Made by a program: the position numbers and the translations under genes. A DNA stretch of 64,000 bases, from the IMG/VR virus record IMGVR_UViG_3300021365_000005, positions 33,457 to 97,456 of that record; one strand, given 5' to 3'. Below, one piece after another: positions 38,029 to 48,907 of this stretch. Source of the DNA: a virus. The notes beneath the pieces are model-generated. The model did no database searches. It saw nothing but the letters and a program-made list of their open reading frames with translations, and had not been told where the DNA came from. Within the stretch, counting starts at the first letter, position 1, and every line of letters starts with the position of its first letter.

Positions 38029-38475
38029 TTATTTTGGAAGGTTTGTTTCAAAAATTAAGGCTTTAGATCTGTCTGTGAATTTAACAGAAACGAACTTACG
38101 AGAGCCTACACAATCATTATAATAATCATCCCGTATCATAACATTTGCTTTATGTTGAATGTTTTCTTCCATGTAGTTTACCTGGCCTTTGGTTTCTCCT
38201 AGAAATAGAATCTCAAACTTAAAATTGTCATACCCAAACTTTTCTATTGCAGAATTAACAGATTTAGACGATCCAACGTAAGTCCTCCAGTCAGATTCCT
38301 TTCTAACAACCTTTCTTCGGGTTTTGCCCTTTACTTTAACTCTTCTTGTGGTTCCGAAGTACTTTCGGCCAATATACTTTTTACCATTTTTACTATTGGT
38401 AATTATATAAACAAAACCGAAAAATCCTTGGGGAACTTCAGACAGAGGTTTGCCTTTGTACTTCCAGTGACTCAT
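38029..38475 (-). CDS. GIY-YIG endonuclease (Seg/EndoII-like)
   Basis: GFVYIITN..NGKKYIGRK, W..Y.GSS, F.FEIL, YYN. Confidence 0.88.
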   Translation of the reverse strand: MSHWKYKGKPLSEVPQGFFGFVYIITNSKNGKKYIGRKYFGTTRRVKVKGKTRRKVVRKESDWRTYVGSSKSVNSAIEKFGYDNFKFEILFLGETKGQVNYMEENIQHKANVMIRDDYYNDCVGSRKFVSVKFTDRSKALIFETNLPK

Positions 38476-38481
38476 TATTTA

Positions 38482-39282
38482 TTATGTATCAAACCTAACG
38501 ACATATGAAGTGTCGAACTTTTCTGACTTTTTTATTGCTTGGCCTAGTTTTCCAATTGCAAGTAGATTGCTGTTGTCGTCATATAGACCAACCGTTGTGA
38601 CATAGGGATTAAACGCAGATGAGCTTACAAAACCAGCTACCGAGCCGGAGGCTATGTCACTCAGAACTGACTGATTAGTAGTGGCATTAAACTCATGCTT
38701 AGTAGCGTTGCACATATACTCATGTTCTTCTATTACATGGGTGTTTTTAAATTTTAATGTTGAAGTGAAAAGGGAATCGGAGGTTGAATGTAAAACAACT
38801 ATCCCAGAGGAATAAAATATATTACCCATTTGTGTGTCTCCTATCATCAAATTTCCATAGCTGTCGTCTTCAAACGTTCCATCATCTTCAATGCTAAGGC
38901 TTCCAGGTTTTATTCCATCACCTATCATTAGGTGGGGTATCGAAATAACCTGGAAGTCACCTAAGGTCTCCAAAAGAATCCTGGATGAACCTTTAAATGT
39001 CGGGTCGACATGACCTTGATAGCCACCGCCTTCACCAGGAGGGCCTTCGACTTTTTTATAGAAATTTGTGTTTATAGAGCTATAAATGTCTCGCTTGTTA
39101 TAGCCATTAGTAGTTGCAGTGTCAGCAAGACCATACTCTTCTGTATTCTTTTTTCCTTGATATACAAATACTTCAAGACCATCAAAACTTCCCGAAGCAC
39201 CAACAAGACTTATTTCATAAGATTTGTGAGCAGTGTGTCGGGTTATGTTTTTAGTAGCTATGGTTTTGAAAGCTCCAGCCAT
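38482..39282 (-). CDS. Baseplate structural protein
   Basis: C-terminus YVTTVGLYD..NLLAIGKL shared with 39293..40402. Confidence 0.65.
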   Translation of the reverse strand: MAGAFKTIATKNITRHTAHKSYEISLVGASGSFDGLEVFVYQGKKNTEEYGLADTATTNGYNKRDIYSSINTNFYKKVEGPPGEGGGYQGHVDPTFKGSSRILLETLGDFQVISIPHLMIGDGIKPGSLSIEDDGTFEDDSYGNLMIGDTQMGNIFYSSGIVVLHSTSDSLFTSTLKFKNTHVIEEHEYMCNATKHEFNATTNQSVLSDIASGSVAGFVSSSAFNPYVTTVGLYDDNSNLLAIGKLGQAIKKSEKFDTSYVVRFDT

Positions 39283-39292
39283 TTTTAGAGTC

Positions 39293-40402
39293 CTAGTATT
39301 CTAAGCGGACCCTAACCAAAGCTTCTCTATTAAATGATTTTAATAAAGGTTTGCTAAGCTTAGCTACTGCCAGAAGTTCGTGCTGTTCATCATAAAGACC
39401 TACTGTTGTGATATAGCTTTTTGGGTTACCCACCATTGACGAATGTAAAAATGTTCCATCTTGGGTTGTTTGCTTAACGTATGTAGGGTTAGATGAGAAA
39501 TTAGCAGCATATGAAGGGATTCTACAAAAGTAGGTCCTAGTGTGTAGGTGCTCTGTATTTCTTGCTTTAAAATGCGCTCCACCCTTAATAGCGTTGAAAA
39601 GCCCCAAAGCTGCAGTTTTTTTCATTGATGTGCTTGAAGTATATGGTGCTGAGTAAGCCCCATAATGATACTGAGATAAATCAATTGACATTCCTGTTGT
39701 GGCATCTATATTTGAAGCATTGAAAACCATAACTCCGTAGTTTGGATAAAACTTACCATATGAAGTGTAGGTTGGAGATGCAGCAGCACCACCAGCAATA
39801 GAACCAGATACTATATCAATAGGACCATCACCAAGGTCGTTGCTACCAGTACCAACAAATGCATCTACAAAAGTGTGGACTGATGAACCCGAAATTTTTA
39901 TTTCCCAGTTACCAGAGTCTGCACGTTCTTTTAATTGGTTTCGACCTATATTAATAACGTAAATAGAATCTGTAGATCCTGATATATCAAACTTGAAATC
40001 TGCGTCTGTAGCATTTTTATCTTCTAGAAGAGCTGCATATTGAGAGTAAATAGCTTTAGTAGGAGTAAGTCCACTAGTTTGGCCTTCTAGAGATGATTCT
40101 CCTTTACCAGCAAAGTCCCCGAAAGCTACAGAAAATTGAGATACTTGGGTTGGATCTGCAATTGGATCTGCGCGATAGACATCAAGGTAGTATTCTCCTG
40201 AAGTTGCGTATTGTGTAGACGAGGTGTGCATTTCTGAGCCTGTTAGTGTTGTGTCTCCACTTGCCCACATTGCCGAATTTACTCTGTCACCTACTGGGTT
40301 TAATTGGATGTCTCCACCTAAAACGTCTCCAGCTTCATTTTGAACGACTGTGAAGTCAATGAATGAAGAATTTCCTGCTGTTACTGTTGTTATTGATGCC
40401 AT
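39293..40402 (-). CDS. Baseplate structural protein
   Basis: YITTVGLYD..ELLAVAKLSKP; paralog of its neighbour. Confidence 0.65.
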   Translation of the reverse strand: MASITTVTAGNSSFIDFTVVQNEAGDVLGGDIQLNPVGDRVNSAMWASGDTTLTGSEMHTSSTQYATSGEYYLDVYRADPIADPTQVSQFSVAFGDFAGKGESSLEGQTSGLTPTKAIYSQYAALLEDKNATDADFKFDISGSTDSIYVINIGRNQLKERADSGNWEIKISGSSVHTFVDAFVGTGSNDLGDGPIDIVSGSIAGGAAASPTYTSYGKFYPNYGVMVFNASNIDATTGMSIDLSQYHYGAYSAPYTSSTSMKKTAALGLFNAIKGGAHFKARNTEHLHTRTYFCRIPSYAANFSSNPTYVKQTTQDGTFLHSSMVGNPKSYITTVGLYDEQHELLAVAKLSKPLLKSFNREALVRVRLEY

Positions 40403-40414
40403 GTTATTACTCTA

Positions 40415-41044
40415 TTAAGCGTCTACTGGTTTCTTAGTTACACTTATTGTAACCGTTTGGGTTATACCTGTTGCATTACCTATAACGGTTAGTGTTGTAG
40501 TTTTGTCGGTTGTTTCTGAAAGATTCAAGCCGTAAATATGAATATCAGCCGAGCCATCCTGTACAAAGAAATTCTTAGATATTGATCCGCCTTCTTGGGT
40601 GTTAATATCATCACCCCTAAAGGAAACCAAAGTGCCATCAGATATAATAGCAGTATAGAAAGTGTCTGCAAATGCAGTACCCGAGCCTGCTATTGAGGTC
40701 TTAGCGTTTATTGTACCATCACCATTATAAGTAATCGTAAATATAGCATTGGCAGGTGATAGTTGTAGGAATGGTAGCTTTTGAATGTTCTTTTCTAGAG
40801 TCATAAGTTTAAACCTCATTACTTTAGATTCGTCAGGAACAGCTTCTACCATAGGCATATTTTCAATTGCTTGGCCATAAAAATTAGTTCCTTTACCATG
40901 GTTTTCATCCCATAATGTGTAGTCGACTTCGTCATCTGCAAGTGCAAATTTAGTAATGTTGAAATTTCCAGCTGCAAGTTTTTCACGGCCTCGTTTTGTC
41001 AATATAGCATCGACGGTAATTGTTGATTTGTCTAAATATCCCAT
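40415..41044 (-). CDS. Baseplate structural protein
   Basis: DAILTKRGRE.LA.G.F.ITKFAL.DDEVDY; AAGGAGA SD. Confidence 0.65.
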   Translation of the reverse strand: MGYLDKSTITVDAILTKRGREKLAAGNFNITKFALADDEVDYTLWDENHGKGTNFYGQAIENMPMVEAVPDESKVMRFKLMTLEKNIQKLPFLQLSPANAIFTITYNGDGTINAKTSIAGSGTAFADTFYTAIISDGTLVSFRGDDINTQEGGSISKNFFVQDGSADIHIYGLNLSETTDKTTTLTVIGNATGITQTVTISVTKKPVDA

Positions 41045-41062
41045 TATGTCTCCTTTGGTATA

Positions 41063-41070
41063 TATAAATA
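41063..41070 (-). promoter_or_regulatory. Putative late promoter TATTTATA
   Basis: Upstream of 41044. Confidence 0.65.
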
Positions 41071-41083
41071 TCTTAAATATTGA

Positions 41084-44000
41084 TTATCTAATTTGTATAT
41101 CACCCAGAGCCGTAAGTGGGCCTTGAGTTGTTGTTAATTCTACAGGATTTGTTTCAACTACTTCGATTGCACATCTAATATTTGTGCTTGCGTCGAATAA
41201 TCCTTTACCTGTAACTTGCGGATCGTTTGTTAAGTTTATGACTCCACCTATAGATCCTGGGGCTTTACCATATTTAGACCCACCATATCTCTGATTATTA
41301 ATGGCTGTTGGTAAAAAGTCTTGAACTGCTACCGACGTTTCGGTTCCATTCGTTTCTTGGGTTATATAGCGCTTGCTTGTGGTTGTGCGATCATAAACTG
41401 GTACGTCTGCTGATGCCATGTTACTTATGCCATATCCCGTAGCTAAAGAATCATCAAAGCTATTTGGAAAGTGTGGGGTAGCACTAACATGGGTATCTCT
41501 GTCATAAATCATATATGTTTTAAACACAGCTTCATATGGTTCCGAATATTCTTTACTAAATACAGGCTTAAAAGTTATAGCTTCTGTTTGTTCATATGTA
41601 AGATTGGCAAAAGACTCGGACACTCTGGCTATTGTTGGTCTTTCCAAAAGATTTGGCTTAATTAATATTCCTGTTTGTTTATTAGCTCTTGCAGGAAGTA
41701 GCGACTCGAGTTGTAAAAATAACGAGCTATCAAAATACTTTAGTACTTTGAGGTAAGCAGCAAAGGTTGGACTTGCTTGGTATTTTTGCCAATAAAAGTT
41801 ACTTATGCTTCTTAGTTCTTTATATGTTTTTCTGTAGGCATCCCTAGGATTCCCAACAAAGTCGTCAAACTTCGCTCCGCCTATTGCGTGGGATATGTCG
41901 AGGTCTATATCGTCATTAGGGGAAAAGAATACCCCAAGCAGCGGTGAGTCTGGTGCCGATAGTTCTATCGAGCTTGAAACCACCGAACTATCTACGTAGA
42001 AACTTCCAGTAAAAGTTGAATCATCAATTCTTATTTTATCTGAAACTGCTCTTGTGCCAATAATTTCAGGAACCACAGTATAGAATGTTTCTTCTTCATA
42101 TTGCCAGTCTGCTGCTGTGCCAGTATATCCACTTCCTGATAATGTCATAGTCTGGCCGGTTGAACCTGTCCATGGAGTAGCAGAAACATTTTGGTTTGGA
42201 TGTGAAGAGGAAATAAGTGCGGTTGCTAAACTAGAAGTAGCCCCAGTAGATCCTAGTGGCCATCTGGCTACTAGATCTGTATATGATGATGTATAAGTAT
42301 TACCTTCAATAGATAGGGGAGAAAGTACGTGATTATTAAACGCCTCGTCGCTTAGAATTGTATTATCTGAAAATGCCCAGTATCTCAACTCTTGCATACT
42401 CCCAGTAAACCCAGGAAGGGTTCCTGCCGCAACTATAGAACCTGAAGCCATTTTCCACCCCGCTGCTCCTGAATCATATGGGTCGTGATTCCCAAGAGTT
42501 AGAGTTGTTACGTTTCCGTTTTCATCCCAGGAATGGTTATATATGTCATATCCACCAGACCCCATATCCCATGCTATTTTTTCCTCATGAGTTATTCGGC
42601 CATTAGAGTGGTCAGCTGATTTTTTTAAATGGAAGTTAAAAGTGTCTGCAGAACTTATTCCAAACTGAATATTCCACCAATCATTATCGAATAGTGGGTA
42701 GTAGCCAGATGATGTTGCTTCTAAATGTGTTGCAGCTGATTGGGTCTGGGCACCTATCCAAACTCTTCCATGATTATAGTATGCCGAAGATGTGTTAGAT
42801 GCAGACGGATGGGCTTCCAGTTCTATTCCCCATTTGGAGTAACTGCTATGGATTAGAATTGAGCTTTGTGGTTTGGTGGCATTAAATCTTAGCTCAATAA
42901 GGTCTGGCGCTTTGTCTGTTGACATGTGACTATAATTGTCGGCTTCTAACATTGACCAGGGAGCTTCTACAAATTGGCTACCATTGAAATTAAGAGAGTA
43001 TCCTGATTTCTCATACTTAATGTATTGCTTGGTCGACATCTCCTTAGGAGTTCCGCCATACTCTTTTATACGCAGCACCGTTGGTGGAAGTCCATAGGTA
43101 TTAACCAAGGCCCTAACAGATCTTTCAGTTCCTTTTGAGCTAAGAAGATGTGGTAGGTTATTTAGAGTTCGAGACCAAACTTCTTTGGTAATGTCTTCAG
43201 TAGGCATTGACGAAGCATTAACAAATGTTTGGGTACTTCCAGAATCTGTTGCTTGGTAGTTTCCAGATTCGTCAGTTCCTAGCTTGTAGGCCCAAAGGTC
43301 GTCGAAGTTATATCCATTAATGCCATTCCAGCCTAAAGACTTTAGAACATCCCAAACTAAATCTTTGGATAGACCTAAATAAAGTTCATTTTGCCGATCA
43401 TGAATCATATCCATGTGGTCTATATAGTTGTAGACATGGTCGAAGTTTTGGCCTATCATATTTACAAACATCATATAGTTTGCATTTTCAGGGTCTAGCC
43501 TTATGTGAGCAGGAATTGTTTTTTCTAGGTTATAGGAATTATCTATGTCATAGTCAAGAGCTTCTGCTGTTTGGGTTGTGAACCACGCTATAGCTTCTGA
43601 CGATGTTGAATGAAGTAGGGTGTGGGGTTTTGCCGAAGTTGATTTGGGCCATGTAGAAGCATTAAAAACCCCATAAGATCCGTTTTCATATGAAGATGAC
43701 TCAGTATATAAGTAGTTTTCATAGGCATCAAATTTAGATACAATATTATTCTTTTTTGTTACAAATTGGATTCGATTAATTTCTGCAGCTGGAGAAGCTG
43801 AAGAACTTAAAACTGCTGATTGGGAATCATAATATTCTATTAACTGAATTTTATATTTAAAATTATCGAGTCGCTCTTTAGCAGAACTAAAATGAACAAA
43901 GTTAGCATATTTTCTATAGTCTATTCCTAACACTGCCGATTTCGCTGCAGAAGAACTAAACATAGAATTTAATAATTCATTTTTAACTCCTTCATTAGAG

Positions 44001-44794
44001 CCAAGAAGGGATTCCCAGGTTTCATACTTGGAAGACAAAGGTCCTTGTGCTGTCTCAGCGTTGATTGTGAAATCAGGAAGAGCCATTACATTAAGATCCT
44101 CGACATAGACAGGTTGAGGAATTGTAAAGTCAAATTTTCTTGGCTCAGTTATTTGGATTTCTATTTTAGCTCTTTGTCCCGGTCTTATATTTTTAGGAAC
44201 CCCATTTGCCAATTTTACTGCTATTTCGGAATTTCTATATACTCCTTCAGATACGTTTTTATTATCCCGAATGTGAAAAATAGAACCATCAGCTAATGAC
44301 AACACCAAATTATTTAGAGGTAAAATTTTATCTCTAAAATTATTAAGTTCTGTTTGATATATAGATTTAGCAGATGCAGCTTCTGAAGTAACTCCTCCTA
44401 TTGAAACATTGTCGTGGACACCCAAAACAATTTCATCTTTTTTGGGAGAAATTGTTTTTATATAGAACTCTAGGACTCTTGTTGAAAATAAGTCTTTAGG
44501 CGTTGCATGGGTATACAACTTTAAAGAATATGCCCCAGGGTTTTCATTTTTAGGATGTAATACGTCTTTTAGATTAAAGTCTATAGTTACTTTACCATCA
44601 CCGTCGACATTAAAGTTGCCATTAGGATTAACCAAGTAATTAGATAACTTTGAATGATCTACTAGAGATTCCCCAACCATAAGTTGCCATCTAAAAAATA
44701 TTCCTGCACCGTTGTTTGTGTTTACACTAAACCTTTCATAGCGGCTTAGCACGTCTTCTATTCCTGGTACGTCGTATTTATTTATAAGGTTCAT
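41084..44794 (-). CDS. Large baseplate wedge protein with LamG-like region
   Basis: NNLP.LL..KGT.RSV.AL...YG wedge-like motif; F.GSMQELRYW; TATTTATA at 44844-44851 upstream. Confidence 0.7.
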   Translation of the reverse strand: MNLINKYDVPGIEDVLSRYERFSVNTNNGAGIFFRWQLMVGESLVDHSKLSNYLVNPNGNFNVDGDGKVTIDFNLKDVLHPKNENPGAYSLKLYTHATPKDLFSTRVLEFYIKTISPKKDEIVLGVHDNVSIGGVTSEAASAKSIYQTELNNFRDKILPLNNLVLSLADGSIFHIRDNKNVSEGVYRNSEIAVKLANGVPKNIRPGQRAKIEIQITEPRKFDFTIPQPVYVEDLNVMALPDFTINAETAQGPLSSKYETWESLLGSNEGVKNELLNSMFSSSAAKSAVLGIDYRKYANFVHFSSAKERLDNFKYKIQLIEYYDSQSAVLSSSASPAAEINRIQFVTKKNNIVSKFDAYENYLYTESSSYENGSYGVFNASTWPKSTSAKPHTLLHSTSSEAIAWFTTQTAEALDYDIDNSYNLEKTIPAHIRLDPENANYMMFVNMIGQNFDHVYNYIDHMDMIHDRQNELYLGLSKDLVWDVLKSLGWNGINGYNFDDLWAYKLGTDESGNYQATDSGSTQTFVNASSMPTEDITKEVWSRTLNNLPHLLSSKGTERSVRALVNTYGLPPTVLRIKEYGGTPKEMSTKQYIKYEKSGYSLNFNGSQFVEAPWSMLEADNYSHMSTDKAPDLIELRFNATKPQSSILIHSSYSKWGIELEAHPSASNTSSAYYNHGRVWIGAQTQSAATHLEATSSGYYPLFDNDWWNIQFGISSADTFNFHLKKSADHSNGRITHEEKIAWDMGSGGYDIYNHSWDENGNVTTLTLGNHDPYDSGAAGWKMASGSIVAAGTLPGFTGSMQELRYWAFSDNTILSDEAFNNHVLSPLSIEGNTYTSSYTDLVARWPLGSTGATSSLATALISSSHPNQNVSATPWTGSTGQTMTLSGSGYTGTAADWQYEEETFYTVVPEIIGTRAVSDKIRIDDSTFTGSFYVDSSVVSSSIELSAPDSPLLGVFFSPNDDIDLDISHAIGGAKFDDFVGNPRDAYRKTYKELRSISNFYWQKYQASPTFAAYLKVLKYFDSSLFLQLESLLPARANKQTGILIKPNLLERPTIARVSESFANLTYEQTEAITFKPVFSKEYSEPYEAVFKTYMIYDRDTHVSATPHFPNSFDDSLATGYGISNMASADVPVYDRTTTSKRYITQETNGTETSVAVQDFLPTAINNQRYGGSKYGKAPGSIGGVINLTNDPQVTGKGLFDASTNIRCAIEVVETNPVELTTTQGPLTALGDIQIR

Positions 44795-45513
44795 TAGTAG
44801 CTCTTAAATGCCGGATCTATTATTTCGTCCAGTGCAGAAGGTTTATAAATAATATTTCTTAGGTCTAGGGTAATGATTAAATCATTTCCGTCATATACCA
44901 ATGGGGATTCAGGTACTACATCTTCAAGCACCTTTATTCCTGTTGTGTATTCTAGGGTTACTCCTGCTGAATCATCATTTCCATCCCCAGCTCTACCTTC
45001 GTCAGATTCTATATTGCCATCGACGATGGGTGGAACCTGTTGTGCTAATGGTAACCAGATCCGACCTTCACCTTCGCCAGTATCATCGGGGTCAATAAGT
45101 GAAAAAGTTGGAGGGTTCCCGTCATTAGGACCTCCGTCAGCTACGACTTCAATTTTTACCGAATAGTTTCCAGGGGTAACGGCTACTATTTTAAGTGCTG
45201 CCGTGTTGCCTGAAGCGTCTCTAAGAAGTATAACATCTGGGCCAAGGTCCATGGGAACATCGGCCAGATCACTAAAGTATGATTCTAGGTTGTTTCCTCC
45301 ATATTGCTCATAGTTTAGGTGAATATAGCTTTTATTTTCATCAGCCTCATACCTCATTCGGGTAGTATTGTCATCTGAAGTTCTTGACGAATCCATATCA
45401 TAAAACAGGTCTGTATTGTACCACCCAGCATCCCCAGTGCCTCTTGTTGCAAGAGTTCCAGGTTCTACCCTAGTTTCACCGTAAAAGTAATATTCCCCGT
45501 TTACAATAGGCAT
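44794..45513 (-). CDS. Hypothetical baseplate-region protein
   Basis: Acidic; coupled to both neighbours. Confidence 0.55.
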   Translation of the reverse strand: MPIVNGEYYFYGETRVEPGTLATRGTGDAGWYNTDLFYDMDSSRTSDDNTTRMRYEADENKSYIHLNYEQYGGNNLESYFSDLADVPMDLGPDVILLRDASGNTAALKIVAVTPGNYSVKIEVVADGGPNDGNPPTFSLIDPDDTGEGEGRIWLPLAQQVPPIVDGNIESDEGRAGDGNDDSAGVTLEYTTGIKVLEDVVPESPLVYDGNDLIITLDLRNIIYKPSALDEIIDPAFKSY

Positions 45514-46547
45514 TATTCGTACACTCTAAACATATCATCTAAGACGTGGTAGTCTGATGTTCCGTTGTGATCCACTCTAATGTGAAACTGATACAGCCTG
45601 TCTGGATATAGCCCACTTAATTTTAGATTCGCAAAGTTCCCTGTAGCATCGCAACTAATTTTTGTGTATGTTGTGTCAAAAGGAACTACCGTTTCCCCTG
45701 TACGAACATCGACTAGGGAATAGTAACTAGAAGTTGGTAGGTATTCTACAGTAGCCGGAGATGATGATGTGTATGTTGCAGCAGGGTATTTTTCTCGGCC
45801 TATAAATCTAAACTTTGGAGTTGTGTTAATTTTATATGTGCCAAGATTTGTATCTTGATATATGTAGTGATCTTTTGTTAGATCTAATGCAGATAATGAT
45901 CCGGTTGCAAATGCCGAATCGTCATAATGAATTTCAAGACGTGGCTTATATATTGTAGAAGTTTCTGCAGAATAAAAATTAACAAACCCATAGTCAATAC
46001 TATTAGTTTCATTTGTCGAAGCTCGGGCTAGTAATAGTCCTTTGTCCGTTGCAACACTTACTTCTACAGCTTTTACTAATGTAGTAACATCTATTTTTAA
46101 ATCTTTAATTCTATCAGATTCAGAAATTGAAGTAAGGGCTCCTAGGGAATGTGGATAAACCTTGCCATCCCATAGAGATGTAGATGACGAAGGATAACTC
46201 CAGCAAACACCCTCTTCTGTTTTAGGATTGTGGGTTGATCTACCAAGACCCGGAGACCATGGGGCTGCATTGTCTCCAATTACATATGAAAATGAATTGA
46301 TTGGTGTGTTTTCATTAGCCACATATAAATTAAGCTTATAGGCTCCTACAGTTATGTCTTCGGTAACTAAAGATGCGCTATTTGCATTTAGACCAAAGTC
46401 CATTAATATTTTAGTGTTAAATGTACCAGAAACTTCAGAGCTATTAACAGTTTTATTAAGTTCCAAAATTTCATCCCTTGAAGTATTCATCGTAGGATAG
46501 CGTGAGTAGACTGTTGCTGAGTGCTTGGGGAATATTGAATATATCAT
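45513..46547 (-). CDS. Virion protein (DNRLRE-like)
   Basis: AT.YS..P..N...EILE start; FYSAET...KPRLEI.YDD. Confidence 0.6.
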   Translation of the reverse strand: MIYSIFPKHSATVYSRYPTMNTSRDEILELNKTVNSSEVSGTFNTKILMDFGLNANSASLVTEDITVGAYKLNLYVANENTPINSFSYVIGDNAAPWSPGLGRSTHNPKTEEGVCWSYPSSSTSLWDGKVYPHSLGALTSISESDRIKDLKIDVTTLVKAVEVSVATDKGLLLARASTNETNSIDYGFVNFYSAETSTIYKPRLEIHYDDSAFATGSLSALDLTKDHYIYQDTNLGTYKINTTPKFRFIGREKYPAATYTSSSPATVEYLPTSSYYSLVDVRTGETVVPFDTTYTKISCDATGNFANLKLSGLYPDRLYQFHIRVDHNGTSDYHVLDDMFRVYE

Positions 46548-46550
46548 ATT

Positions 46551-48401
46551 TTAGAATCCTACAATTTTACCACGTATATCTTTGTCTGGATATTTTATTT
46601 CGAAAATACAAGGGTCTTGAGAAGGGTATACTACATTGTTTATGGTGGCTGAACCTATGTTGTAAGAATTGCCAGAATATCCTGAGTCTGCACTAGCATT
46701 ATTTTTAATTTCAATTTTAGACACTGCCTGAACTCCTTTAACCACACTCATTTTAGCTACCAGATCTCCAATCATTATAGGTTGGTTGAATTGCCACTTA
46801 TCGATATCAAAGTATTTTTTTATCATATCAATCGTTTGGGCTAAAACTTCCTTTCCATTAAAGCTTGGAAGAATTACAATTTCAAAATCAATACCGATGT
46901 TAATTGGAAACCCATCCTTAATATTAATACCATCAGTTAATATTCTATATTGACTTAAGTATGTTTGTAGATTTTTTTTAGTCGTAGTATTAGTAGTAGC
47001 TAAATTATTTGAGTTATCATAGCTTAATACATATAGGTTTAAGGCCAAGGGGTTTGGCTCTGAAGAATTGCTTATTTTGTCGTCAGATGCTATATATGCT
47101 TTTGCTATAGAACCAAACTTTGGAGGCATAGCATAAACCCTTGAAATATAATCTTCTTTTGTAACTGCACGATTTTGGGATGCATAAGCTCCAAGAGCAT
47201 TTTGGCGAATTTCTTCGTTTGTTTCTGCTGAGCGGCCTCCTGTTGCAGGACTTTCATTTGTTATTGCTATTGAATCTTTTACTGTGGTTACAACTGAAGA
47301 GTCTAATCCATCCTCATCAAGATTTATAGTTTTATTTATAATCTTATTAAGAGCTCCTGAAGTTACGTTAGAAGCTATACCTCCACCCCTAAGATATTTT
47401 ATAGTTAAAGCCTGAGCAGGTGCTTGGCCATATGCTCTAGTGTGCATCATATTGGCTGGGTCAAAAGACACATCTATCTGGGCAGCATTTCCAATCTCTA
47501 ATACATTTCCTATAGTAGATGGATTAGGAACAATTAAGTCGTCAGGGGATGTTGAAACCCCTGCCCCAAAGTTTAATTCTGTATAATTATCTTTGTTGAT
47601 CCTAGTTGTAAATCGTCTTGCTGTTCGTCTTAATTTTAGTAGATATGGAGAATCGTCTGAGTCGGCAGCTGTTGTTGGGTCTACAGAAGCTTTATTCGAC
47701 ACTTGCTCAAATATTGTATCTTGAGCTAAGTATGGAACTTCATACCAAACGTTGCTGTCAGAGTCAATTACCGATTCAATAGCTATTACATCATTAGCAT
47801 CTAGCTTAAACTTATCAAACTTTGTAGCTTGGGTTGGCGTATACGTTTCGGTTTCAGATTGTCCTGAAATAGCCTTGACTTTAGTTTTAATTAAAAATGC
47901 ATCGGGATCTGTGCCAGATAAACTAAATACAGTTACATCGGTTTTTGCAGATCCTGTATTTGCAAAGTTAGCATCTTCTAGAGTAGTAAAGGTAATCCCG
48001 GTTTCATCCCCTGACACTTCCATTCCCTGAGGAATTGTTAAGGCATAATTCATATTAGGAACTTTTGCTCCTGTAGAGCCTGTTGCAGGCACCCATAGAT
48101 AAACACTTAATTCAACGTGTGCAGGGCCTGTTGCTTTGGCTTTGTACCCAAGAGAATTTGCGATGTCTAAAATATTAGAACGTTCTTGTGCTGCAGATAA
48201 TAAACTTTCTTTTAATTGGTAGTCTGTGTAATATGATAAGACATCACCTACATAGGCACCCATTTCCATAAACATCATACCAGGGGATGTTTCGTTAAAA
48301 TCGTTGTATGTGTCTGGGAAGTAGTTTTTTGCAAAATCTATAAGACCTTCCCTGAAGTCCCCAAAGTCTCTTCCTAAATATTTAACTTCTTTTTTATTCA
48401 T
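46551..48401 (-). CDS. gp6: Baseplate wedge subunit (T4 gp6-like)
   Basis: DF..., A.ER.NI..IA.SLGY, GG..AET.EEIR, QNRAVT.EDY. Confidence 0.9.
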   Translation of the reverse strand: MNKKEVKYLGRDFGDFREGLIDFAKNYFPDTYNDFNETSPGMMFMEMGAYVGDVLSYYTDYQLKESLLSAAQERSNILDIANSLGYKAKATGPAHVELSVYLWVPATGSTGAKVPNMNYALTIPQGMEVSGDETGITFTTLEDANFANTGSAKTDVTVFSLSGTDPDAFLIKTKVKAISGQSETETYTPTQATKFDKFKLDANDVIAIESVIDSDSNVWYEVPYLAQDTIFEQVSNKASVDPTTAADSDDSPYLLKLRRTARRFTTRINKDNYTELNFGAGVSTSPDDLIVPNPSTIGNVLEIGNAAQIDVSFDPANMMHTRAYGQAPAQALTIKYLRGGGIASNVTSGALNKIINKTINLDEDGLDSSVVTTVKDSIAITNESPATGGRSAETNEEIRQNALGAYASQNRAVTKEDYISRVYAMPPKFGSIAKAYIASDDKISNSSEPNPLALNLYVLSYDNSNNLATTNTTTKKNLQTYLSQYRILTDGINIKDGFPINIGIDFEIVILPSFNGKEVLAQTIDMIKKYFDIDKWQFNQPIMIGDLVAKMSVVKGVQAVSKIEIKNNASADSGYSGNSYNIGSATINNVVYPSQDPCIFEIKYPDKDIRGKIVGF

Positions 48402-48411
48402 CTAAGTTACT

Positions 48412-48903
48412 CTATGCAAATACAACTACTGTTTGTAAATCTACTTCATTATCAAATATAATATAGTCAAGTTTAATTCTAATCTCATTATTATCTATAC
48501 GCTCGGTATTAATATCTACAGCTTTAATAGTTACATAGGGTAACCATACAGAAACTTGGGTAAAAATAGTTTCATGTATTTCTTTAATAACCGATGGGGT
48601 TATGTTTTCGAATAACAAGCCTTGAACTCCTATACCAAAATTTGGATGGTAAAATCTTTCACCGGGATTAGTTAGAACTAGATTTCTTATATTGGCCTGC
48701 ACTTGTTCATTCGTTGTGTAGGTAGAATTGAACACACCACCTTTAAACTTAGAAGCCCCTATTTCTTGGTCTGCAGTTTCTAGGGATCCTGATTGGGGTG
48801 AGGGATACTTTCCTCCGTCAGCTGGAGTCATTGGTAACCCAATGCCAATAGCAACGTCAGGCTCAAAATCTAAAGGATTATATCTATGCTCAGGTCTATT
48901 CAA
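48412..48903 (-). CDS. gp25: Baseplate protein, gp25/GPW family
   Basis: NIRNLVLT.PGER..HP.FG, W.PYV. Confidence 0.9.
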   Translation of the reverse strand: MNRPEHRYNPLDFEPDVAIGIGLPMTPADGGKYPSPQSGSLETADQEIGASKFKGGVFNSTYTTNEQVQANIRNLVLTNPGERFYHPNFGIGVQGLLFENITPSVIKEIHETIFTQVSVWLPYVTIKAVDINTERIDNNEIRIKLDYIIFDNEVDLQTVVVFA

Positions 48904-48907
48904 TTAT

